Part shown: piece by piece, positions 49,374 through 56,805 of the stretch
Layout of the letters: every line of letters starts with the position of its first letter
How positions within the stretch are numbered: the first letter of the stretch is position 1
Source: an uncultured virus (IMG/VR IMGVR_UViG_3300010883_000002)
Lineage: Duplodnaviria; Heunggongvirae; Uroviricota; Caudoviricetes
Length of the DNA stretch: 64,000 nucleotides
Virus record (IMG/VR): IMGVR_UViG_3300010883_000002
Direction: 5' to 3' (one strand)
Notes under the pieces: model-generated
Seen by the model: the letters and a program-made list of their open reading frames with translations, nothing else
Told to the model about the DNA's origin: nothing
The model's database searches: none
Translations under genes and position numbers: made by a program

Positions 49374-51326
49374 ATGGCAGATAGAAGATTAAATCCAAAA
49401 AATGATGAGTCTATTTTATTTAGGCAACTGACTCGTTTGTTCTCCGGTCCTATTGTAAAGTACCGGGCACAGACGCAGCGCCGATTTAGAAGAAAGCAAC
49501 TCGATAAGTATGCAAACGAATTTCAATCAACGTCGGGATTACAGTTTAAGAAGAGTGCTTCCGGTCCCTTGGACGGTCTTGGTTCAGAAGCAATTCGGAT
49601 GGCGGATAAGGCTGCTCGTTATATAGACTTTGAACAAATGGAATACATGCCAGAGATTGCATCTGCGTTAGATATTTATGCCGATGAAATGACAACCTCC
49701 ACCGTGCTTAATGATTTGCTCACTGTCACAACTGCAAACCGAGAGATTAAGGATATTCTAAAATCTTTATTTTCTAATGTTGTTAATGTCGAGCACAACT
49801 TGTTTGGTTGGGCACGAACGATGTGTAAATTTGGAGACTTTTTTCTTTATTTAAATATTGATGAGAAGCTGGGAATCCTTAATACTATTGCTTTGCCTCC
49901 ACAAGAGGTTGAAAGGTTAGAAGGAGAAGATCCAACAAATCCAAATTACGTTCAATATCAGTGGAACTCTGGTGGCGTGACTTTTGAAAATTGGCAGATT
50001 GCACACTTTAGAGTTTTAGGAAATGACAAATATGCTCCATACGGCACGTCGGTCCTAGAACCAGCCCGTCGCATCTGGAGACAGTTGACACTTCTTGAAG
50101 ATGCTATGATGGCTTATCGTATTGTCCGTTCACCGGAGCGCAAAGTTTTTTATGTTGATGTGGGCAATATTGCACCACAAGACATTGAGCAATATATGGA
50201 GAGAATTAAAACTACGATGAAGCGCAATCAAGTTGTCGATCCCAATACGGGTCGAGTTGATTTGCGCTACAACCCAATGAGCGTTGACGAAGATTTTTTC
50301 GTTCCCATTCGCAACGACTCCCGAACTAGGATTGAAAATCTCCCCGGTGGAGCACACGCTACTGACATTGATGATGTAAAATATTTAAGAGATAAATTGT
50401 TTTCTGCGTTGAAGGTTCCGCCGTCTTATCTAACACAGGGCGTCGGCGGCGAAGGCGGCGATGACGATAAAACAACCTTAGCTCAGAAAGATATTAGGTT
50501 TGCAAGAACAATTACTAGATTACAACGGGCGGTTGTCAGCGAGCTAGAAAAAATTGGAGTTGTCCATCTTTATACTTTAGGATACCGAGGCGAAGACTTG
50601 GTGACTTTTAAATTATCGTTGAACAACCCGTCAAAAATTGCAGAGCTTCAAGAGTTGGAGCACTGGAACACAAAGTTTGATGTAGCTTCGGCAGCAACAG
50701 AGGGCTTCTTCTCCCGGCGATGGATTGCAACTAAATTACTTGGAATGTCTGATGAAGAATTCCTTAAGAACCAGAGAGAACAATATTTTGATAAGTTATT
50801 TGATGCCTCACTTGAAGCAGCAGGCGAAGAGGGCGCAGGCGGTGAAGGCGACGACGGCGGCGGCGGCTTAGATGACCTTGGTGGTGACGATGACCTTGGT
50901 GGTGACGATGACCTTGGTGGTGATGAAGGTGAAGAGGGTGACGAAACTCTCCTTGCGGCACCAGCAAAGCGTGATGATGGAACTATATCCACAACAACGC
51001 CACGTTCTAGGGGCAAACGCCACGTTCCTAAGACACACAAAGGCAAGCCACAGCAGGGCGGCGACCGTCGAAACGTTGGTGGACGAAAAAGACATAACAA
51101 CGCTAAGTGGTCAGCAGAATTAGCTTCTAATACACCAAGAAATACACACAAGGGTTCTTTAGAATTAATGGGCTTAGCAAATTTGTCTGAATCTTTAGAA
51201 GCAACTAATTATGATGTGCAGGAACAATTACAGGAACAAGAGATATTGAATGTGACGGCAGAGGTCAATCGTCTTATTTCCGACATGGAGAAGAAAGAAA
51301 GTGAGAAAAAGAATGATGAGACATAA
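49374..51326 (+). CDS. Portal protein (T4 gp20-like) with long acidic/basic C-terminal extension
   Basis: QLTLLEDAMMAYRIVRSPERKVFYVDVGN, EDFFVP, IENLPGG and DVKYLRDKLFSALKVP are gp20 motifs. Confidence 0.96.
   Translation: MADRRLNPKNDESILFRQLTRLFSGPIVKYRAQTQRRFRRKQLDKYANEFQSTSGLQFKKSASGPLDGLGSEAIRMADKAARYIDFEQMEYMPEIASALDIYADEMTTSTVLNDLLTVTTANREIKDILKSLFSNVVNVEHNLFGWARTMCKFGDFFLYLNIDEKLGILNTIALPPQEVERLEGEDPTNPNYVQYQWNSGGVTFENWQIAHFRVLGNDKYAPYGTSVLEPARRIWRQLTLLEDAMMAYRIVRSPERKVFYVDVGNIAPQDIEQYMERIKTTMKRNQVVDPNTGRVDLRYNPMSVDEDFFVPIRNDSRTRIENLPGGAHATDIDDVKYLRDKLFSALKVPPSYLTQGVGGEGGDDDKTTLAQKDIRFARTITRLQRAVVSELEKIGVVHLYTLGYRGEDLVTFKLSLNNPSKIAELQELEHWNTKFDVASAATEGFFSRRWIATKLLGMSDEEFLKNQREQYFDKLFDASLEAAGEEGAGGEGDDGGGGLDDLGGDDDLGGDDDLGGDEGEEGDETLLAAPAKRDDGTISTTTPRSRGKRHVPKTHKGKPQQGGDRRNVGGRKRHNNAKWSAELASNTPRNTHKGSLELMGLANLSESLEATNYDVQEQLQEQEILNVTAEVNRLISDMEKKESEKKNDET
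50871..50924 (+). repeat. 3 x 18-bp tandem repeat GATGACCTTGGTGGTGAY (DDLGGD) in the portal tail
   Basis: Units at 50871, 50889 and 50907 read directly. Confidence 0.9.
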
Positions 51327-52128
51327 GCATAATAAAAAACGAAATACAGCATTCTTATATGAGGTTCTTGTAAAAGAATTGACCAAGGCGGTGGTTTCTA
51401 AAAATAATGGGAAAAAGTCTGCTGCGGTTTCTATCATTAGAAAGCATTTCAAAAAGGGGAGTACGCTCGACAGGGATCTACAACTATATAAATCCTTAAG
51501 CGAAACAACCTCCGTGGAAAAGCGGGTGGCAGAAAAAATTCTTCATGAAGCACACTATCAAAGGAAGGTAATTTCTGGCGAAGGTCTTTATGATGCCCAG
51601 TCCGAATTAATCAACGATGTTAATCAAGAATTGTCTCCAAGCGTCTTCGGCAACTTTGTTCCAAATTATAAATACTTGGCTACGATTTCTCAAATGTTTG
51701 ACGAGACAGCTTCAATTAAAAGCAGGGTGATGTTAGAGTCTAATATTATTGATAAAATGTCATCGGATGCGGGTGTTGATAATCTGCAACCAATTAGCAA
51801 TTTAACTTATCGGACATTTGCTAAAAAGTTTAACGATGCATATGACGGCTTACATGAAGAACAAAAAGAGATTTTAAAAAGATACGTCTTCTCGGCTACC
51901 GATAATGGAATTGCATTGAAGACATACTTGAATGAAGAAATTGGTAGGCTACGCAAAGCCGTAATCAAGTCTAAGAAAACAAGAGAAATTAAGAACGACA
52001 AATCCATGTTGGATAACACCGACCGTGTTTTGGAAATATTAAATTCATTCAAGGACAGTAAGATTAATGAAGAACAGATTCGTAAGGTTTTAAAGATTCA
52101 AGAGTTGGCAAGAGAGGTTATAGAGTAA
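51313..52128 (+). CDS. Hypothetical head-region protein
   Basis: Likely start is the ATG at 51313 or 51316 (KHNKKRNTAFLYE), overlapping the portal end. Confidence 0.65.
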   Translation: MMRHKHNKKRNTAFLYEVLVKELTKAVVSKNNGKKSAAVSIIRKHFKKGSTLDRDLQLYKSLSETTSVEKRVAEKILHEAHYQRKVISGEGLYDAQSELINDVNQELSPSVFGNFVPNYKYLATISQMFDETASIKSRVMLESNIIDKMSSDAGVDNLQPISNLTYRTFAKKFNDAYDGLHEEQKEILKRYVFSATDNGIALKTYLNEEIGRLRKAVIKSKKTREIKNDKSMLDNTDRVLEILNSFKDSKINEEQIRKVLKIQELAREVIE

Positions 52129-52709
52129 TGTCTATTAATATTGCCGTGGGCGAAGAGGCAGTCAAGGCGCAAGAAGAAGCGGCGGCTGAAGAGCCACGTC
52201 ATCCTTCGATGGAAATGGTCGTAAGAAAGACTATGGACGGCAATATTATGATTTTGGATCACTTAGATATGGACATTGTTGTAATGCCTCAAGATGGCAA
52301 AGTCCTCGCCTTGGCAAAAGATAATTTTGATGATGATGTATATGATTCACAAGATCGGCTTTTTAAATATCTTTCCCAAAACGGAGTGGTGATGCCAGAC
52401 TCAATTCGGGGTGGAAACGTATACGGTTCTTTGGAGGGAAAATTCCCTACCGAATCTGCCAGCGGAGCAGACCCACTACAAACGGTTGTCTTTAGTGTCG
52501 GCAAATGGATCGAAGAAGAAAGACCTTATTTCGCATACACCAAAGCAATCGAAGATCAAGAAACAGAAAGATTAACTAATCCAGACGATCAAGCCTCTAC
52601 AGAGTTGGGCGAGGTTCCTCAAGAGCGAGTGAAGGGTGTTCACCCTTCCGACCCGCTGGGAGCGTGGTACAAACAGAGGGGAAACACACCCGAAGCTGGG
52701 AGTGAATAA
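52128..52709 (+). CDS. Hypothetical head-region protein
   Basis: TAATG-coupled ORF of 193 aa. Confidence 0.6.
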   Translation: MSINIAVGEEAVKAQEEAAAEEPRHPSMEMVVRKTMDGNIMILDHLDMDIVVMPQDGKVLALAKDNFDDDVYDSQDRLFKYLSQNGVVMPDSIRGGNVYGSLEGKFPTESASGADPLQTVVFSVGKWIEEERPYFAYTKAIEDQETERLTNPDDQASTELGEVPQERVKGVHPSDPLGAWYKQRGNTPEAGSE

Positions 52710-53021
52710 ATGGGGCTATTATGGTTTGTCTTGTCTGCGTTCGGTCTAACACAACTGTTAGTCTATGCCTCTATCCTCGACCCTGTTCGACCATCCAAAG
52801 GAAAACTCGGTGAGCTTTTTCATTGCCCGATGTGTACCGGATTTTGGGTTGGTTTGTTTTTGTGTGGGATAAATCACTGGACGGAACTATTTAGTTTTGA
52901 GTACACGGTGGCAAACTTTATAATTTGCGGCAGTGTGTCCTCAGCAACATCTTATGTACTTAATATGTTGTTTGATGACGGTGGACTAAAGATTAAGCAA
53001 TCTCATGTAATGGAGGAATAA
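52710..53021 (+). CDS. Small membrane protein, DUF1360-like
   Basis: Hydrophobic helices around LGELFHCPMCTGFWVG (CPxCxxxW motif). Confidence 0.7.
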   Translation: MGLLWFVLSAFGLTQLLVYASILDPVRPSKGKLGELFHCPMCTGFWVGLFLCGINHWTELFSFEYTVANFIICGSVSSATSYVLNMLFDDGGLKIKQSHVMEE

Positions 53022-53023
53022 TT

Positions 53024-53110
53024 GTGGTTACTAATAATATGATTGAAAGTCATGCGAGCTTAGAGAAGTGGATGCTTCAACCTGTTCGACACTGCTGTAA
53101 GGGTAGGTAA
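53024..53110 (+). CDS. Putative 28-aa micropeptide (MVTNNMIESHASLEKWMLQPVRHCCKGR)
   Basis: GTG at 53024, 7 nt after GGAGG (53012-53016); in-frame ATG at 53039; TAA at 53108-53110. Fills the gap between the DUF1360-like gene and the protease. Confidence 0.5.
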   Translation: MVTNNMIESHASLEKWMLQPVRHCCKGR

Positions 53111-53114
53111 CTTT

Positions 53115-53146
53115 GCCCTGTGCATAAGTTGCTTTTTGTGCAGGGC
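53115..53146 (+). other. RNA stem-loop between micropeptide stop and protease RBS
   Basis: GCCCTGTGCATAAG...CTTTTTGTGCAGGGC is an imperfect inverted repeat with G-U pairs; no following U-tract. Confidence 0.55.
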
Positions 53147-53163
53147 TGACGAGGAATAAAAAA

Positions 53164-53772
53164 ATGGCTAAAGTTCTATTGAGAGAATATTATGAATTAT
53201 GTGAAGGTGGTGTCTGCCATGATCTTCTTACCGAAGAAGAAAAAAGGGAAGTCGCCAACGGCGCACTATATTTAACTGGTATCATGCAGAAGGCAGACGA
53301 GTTAAATGGAAACGGAAGAGTATATCCATATAAAGTGCTTAATCGAGAAGTTAAAAATTATACAAAGATTGTTAACGAGAAGAGAGCACTTGGAGAGCTA
53401 GACCACCCAGAGGATTCTGTAGTGAATCTTAAGAATGCATCCCACATGGTAACGAAAGTTTGGTGGGATGGACGAAATGTTATGGGGAAGGTTCGTGTTC
53501 TTAACACACCGTCTGGAAACATTTTAAAATCACTTGTTGATGGTGGAGTGTCCCTTGGAATTTCTTCCCGTGGTCTTGGTTCTGTACATGAAGATAATGA
53601 CGGAGCCACTGTTGTTGAAGATGACTTTCAGTTGATTTGTTTTGACTTTGTATCTGAGCCTTCAACTACTGGAGCGTATATGTCCTTGTCAGAAGGTAAG
53701 CAACAAAATGTTTTTAACAAAGCTGATAGAATTAATCGGCTATTAAATGAGATAGTGGGTGGTGAAGAGTGA
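53164..53772 (+). CDS. Prohead core protease (T4 gp21-like)
   Basis: NGNGRVYP, ALGELDHP, ASH, LNTPSG, GISSRGLGS and DFVSEPST. Confidence 0.95.
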   Translation: MAKVLLREYYELCEGGVCHDLLTEEEKREVANGALYLTGIMQKADELNGNGRVYPYKVLNREVKNYTKIVNEKRALGELDHPEDSVVNLKNASHMVTKVWWDGRNVMGKVRVLNTPSGNILKSLVDGGVSLGISSRGLGSVHEDNDGATVVEDDFQLICFDFVSEPSTTGAYMSLSEGKQQNVFNKADRINRLLNEIVGGEE

Positions 53773-54215
53773 AAATTAACGAACTTAAGAAAATTCTAAA
53801 ACCTTTAATTAAGGAGTGCATTAAGGAGGTGATTTTTGAATCAGGTGTACTTTCAAAGGTTGTGACGGAGGTTGCTCATGGAATGAGTGTTGCCCAAAAT
53901 GGGCAACAGGTTGTTTCTGAACAACAGCAAAGTCCAGTGGAACGAGAAGAGGTTCGCAGAGAAAAGCTGAGAGAAGTTAATGAGCAAAGACGACAATTGA
54001 GAGATTCAATAGGTTCGGATGCTTATAACGGCATCAATGTTTTTGAGGGCACTGACCCATTAGACTCTGGTGGAACACCAGATGCGCCTTCATCGGGATC
54101 GGGTCATGGACCTTTAGCTGGACGAAACCCGTCTGATGCTGGTGTAGACCTTGGCAGTTTGATGGGCGGTGGTCGCTCCGCTGCGTGGAAGATTTTAGCC
54201 AACGGCAAAGGATAA
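53769..54215 (+). CDS. Hypothetical head-region protein
   Basis: GTGA overlap with the protease; N-terminal LKKILKPLIKECIKEVIFE leader. Confidence 0.65.
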   Translation: MKINELKKILKPLIKECIKEVIFESGVLSKVVTEVAHGMSVAQNGQQVVSEQQQSPVEREEVRREKLREVNEQRRQLRDSIGSDAYNGINVFEGTDPLDSGGTPDAPSSGSGHGPLAGRNPSDAGVDLGSLMGGGRSAAWKILANGKG

Positions 54216-54218
54216 ACA

Positions 54219-54464
54219 ATGGCAAATAATGCAGAAGTTAAGGTAAGACCGCATGAATCTATTGATAAAGCGATTCGACGGTTCAGTAAGATGGTTCGAC
54301 GGTCTGGTATTCTAGATGAAGTCAAAAGAAAAAGATACTATGAAAAACCTTCCGTTAAGAAAAAAAGAAAAAAAGAAGATGCTGCACATCGACGCTGGAT
54401 TGAAGAAAGAAGAGAAGAAAAGAAAGCAGCCAAAGCAGCGAAATCATCACACAATCAAAGATAA
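54219..54464 (+). CDS. rpsU: Phage-encoded 30S ribosomal protein bS21
   Basis: VKVRPHESIDKAIRRFSKMVRRSGILDEVKRKRYYEKPSVKKKRK matches the bS21 consensus (ES++.A+RRF......G++.E.+.+.YYEKP). Confidence 0.9.
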   Translation: MANNAEVKVRPHESIDKAIRRFSKMVRRSGILDEVKRKRYYEKPSVKKKRKKEDAAHRRWIEERREEKKAAKAAKSSHNQR

Positions 54465-54532
54465 TGTTAGTTTTGGGTTTATTTTAAGGTGCGATACTAA
54501 TTATAATCGCAACCAGAGAGAGGGAGTATTAT

Positions 54533-55588
54533 ATGAGCGGCAAGGATGAATTAAACGACGATTTTGATTTTATTGATCATTATGGTGCGCCAACCGATAT
54601 AAAGCACGAAGAGCAGCTTGACGACAATGACGTTCAGTCTGCAATTAATTTTGGCGTAGTCGGTGTCGGCGGTGGTGGAGGGAAGCTTGCAAAAGCTTTT
54701 CTTGATCTGGGGGTTCATAAGACGCTCTTGGTTAATACCACAGAGAAGGATCAGCCAACTGGTGTTCCTGCAAAAAATATGATTGTTGTTCCCGGTGCCG
54801 ATGGCGTTGCAAAAGACGCCAAGCTGGGCAAAAAGGTTTTTCAAGAAAACGGCGCAGTGGTTGAAGATGCTTTACGCACAAGGTTCGGAAAAGTAGACTA
54901 TCTGTTAGTTTTCGCTGGCGGCGGCGGCGGCACGGGAAGTGCATGTCCAGCGTTGGCTCCGATTTTTGATAGGTATCTAAAGTCTGTTCAAGCCGAAGGG
55001 ACTACGATATTTTTTGTTACATCTCCAACATCTCAAGAGATGTTAAATCAAACAATTAGAGAAAATAGTGCTCAGTTGATGAAGGATGTGGCAGAATACC
55101 CACATATTATTCTCGATAATGAAAGACAAGCAAAACTGTTAAGAGGTAAGGTGGGAATGCTGAGCTTATTCCCCGTCGCAAATAAAACTTTTACGAAGCT
55201 GTTGTTACAGATTCTTAAGTTAGCTGATGAGCCATCTCCAGTTCAATCTTATGATGGCAAGGACTTGGAACGCTCGCTTAAAACTCCAAAGAGAGCCTTC
55301 ATTGGCTCTACGATTGTGACAGATCCAAATCAACCTAATTTGGGAGCGACGATTTTTCAAAACTGTTTGAATCGATCTCCGTGTCCTACTCCGAAGGGGA
55401 AGCCAAAGACGGGTTCAATTCTTTTAGTAGTGACTCCAGAAATGGCAGACGATCCAGAGATTAGTAAACACTTAGACGCTGCTATTTCTTATGTTGGTGG
55501 TAGAGCAGATACTTTGTTTTCTGGCGTATATGTGAGAGATAACTTACCCGGCTTGGTCGCAATCTTAATGTTAAACGGATTAGAATAA
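54533..55588 (+). CDS. Tubulin/FtsZ-family GTPase
   Basis: T1 GVGGGGGK, NT..D, GxGxAKD, tubulin signature GGGTGS, DNE, and T7-like loop SYDGKD; 351 aa. Confidence 0.9.
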   Translation: MSGKDELNDDFDFIDHYGAPTDIKHEEQLDDNDVQSAINFGVVGVGGGGGKLAKAFLDLGVHKTLLVNTTEKDQPTGVPAKNMIVVPGADGVAKDAKLGKKVFQENGAVVEDALRTRFGKVDYLLVFAGGGGGTGSACPALAPIFDRYLKSVQAEGTTIFFVTSPTSQEMLNQTIRENSAQLMKDVAEYPHIILDNERQAKLLRGKVGMLSLFPVANKTFTKLLLQILKLADEPSPVQSYDGKDLERSLKTPKRAFIGSTIVTDPNQPNLGATIFQNCLNRSPCPTPKGKPKTGSILLVVTPEMADDPEISKHLDAAISYVGGRADTLFSGVYVRDNLPGLVAILMLNGLE

Positions 55589-55690
55589 AAATGGAAGATA
55601 ATTCCGAACTCAAAAATAAGGATTTTGTTTTATGATGGACTACTTATTGAGTGAAGAAGGTTTCAGTACATTCTGGACAGGAGAAATTAA

Positions 55691-56773
55691 ATGTCAACCA
55701 TGTTAGAACAAGCGATTGTTGATGCAGAAGCCCTAAAAGAAGCTGCAATTAAAAATGCCGAGGCTGCTGTAATTGAAAGGTATGCTTCCGATATTAAGGA
55801 AGCGGTAGAATCACTTTTGGAGGCTCCAGAAGATGAGGAAGACCCGCTTGGCGATCTTGGTGGTGATATGGGCATGGACATGATGGGCGATGAAGGTGGT
55901 CTAGAAGACACCCTTCCCGATGTACCTGCTGCTTCTTCTGATGGTGAGGCATTATGTCCTTGTCCCGAAGAGTCTGAGCCTGTTATTGTTGATTTTGATC
56001 AGTTGGCTGCGGCAGTTAGTGCCGAAGAAGAGATGGCTGGAACTGACCAATTGGGCATGGGCGATGATGATGAACTAACTATGGGCGCTCTCGGTGACGA
56101 AGACCCCCTAGCGGCACTCGGTGACGAAGAAGAAGAGGAAGAGATCGAATTAGAAGAAGAGCTTCTTGCAAAGCTTGCAAAGCAAATTGAAGAAGTATTG
56201 AGCGTGGACGTTGAAAACGTGCCCACGGGTCATATTGGTGGAGTCACCAACCCAGCCGAAGAAGAAGAGCATGAAGATATTAAATATGCCTCGGCAAGAG
56301 ATGACAAACGAAAAGAACTCAGTAAAGATGCTGAGAAAGCAATCAAAGATTTACAAGAAAAGGTTGAGGCACTTCTTAAAAGAAACACCTCCCTAAAAGA
56401 AAATCGAGACAAGTATCTACAGGTTATTGACTTTTTGAAGAAAAAAGTCACAGAAACGAGCGTTTCAAACGCCAAGTTACTATATACTAACAGAATTTTA
56501 AATAGCGGCTCCTTGAATGAGCGACAAAAACAAAAAGTTGTCGAAGCTATTAACAATGCCAAAACGGTAAAGGAAGCGAAGGTTATTTTTGAAACCCTTC
56601 AAAGCGCAGTGGAGAGTGGACGTACAATTAGTCGGACACCAAAATCACTGAGCGAAGCGGTAGCAAGAAACTCTTCTGGATTTTTACCAAGGCGACAATC
56701 ACAAGAGGTTGATCCCGAAGGAAGCGAAATTCGCAGCCGATGGGCAAGACTTGCAGGGATTGAAAAAAGTTAA
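55691..56773 (+). CDS. Prohead core scaffolding protein (gp22-like)
   Basis: Very acidic, coiled coil, NAKLLY..., C-terminal RWARLAGI; immediately upstream of the MCP; SD AGGAG. Confidence 0.8.
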   Translation: MSTMLEQAIVDAEALKEAAIKNAEAAVIERYASDIKEAVESLLEAPEDEEDPLGDLGGDMGMDMMGDEGGLEDTLPDVPAASSDGEALCPCPEESEPVIVDFDQLAAAVSAEEEMAGTDQLGMGDDDELTMGALGDEDPLAALGDEEEEEEIELEEELLAKLAKQIEEVLSVDVENVPTGHIGGVTNPAEEEEHEDIKYASARDDKRKELSKDAEKAIKDLQEKVEALLKRNTSLKENRDKYLQVIDFLKKKVTETSVSNAKLLYTNRILNSGSLNERQKQKVVEAINNAKTVKEAKVIFETLQSAVESGRTISRTPKSLSEAVARNSSGFLPRRQSQEVDPEGSEIRSRWARLAGIEKS

Positions 56774-56805
56774 GCTAAACAATCATTCATAGGAGGAATT
56801 AAAAA

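Noticed and set aside
50871..50924. Direct repeats as a possible CRISPR array or tubulin centromere (tubC)
   Set aside because: Head-to-tail in-frame coding repeats without spacers, inside the portal gene.
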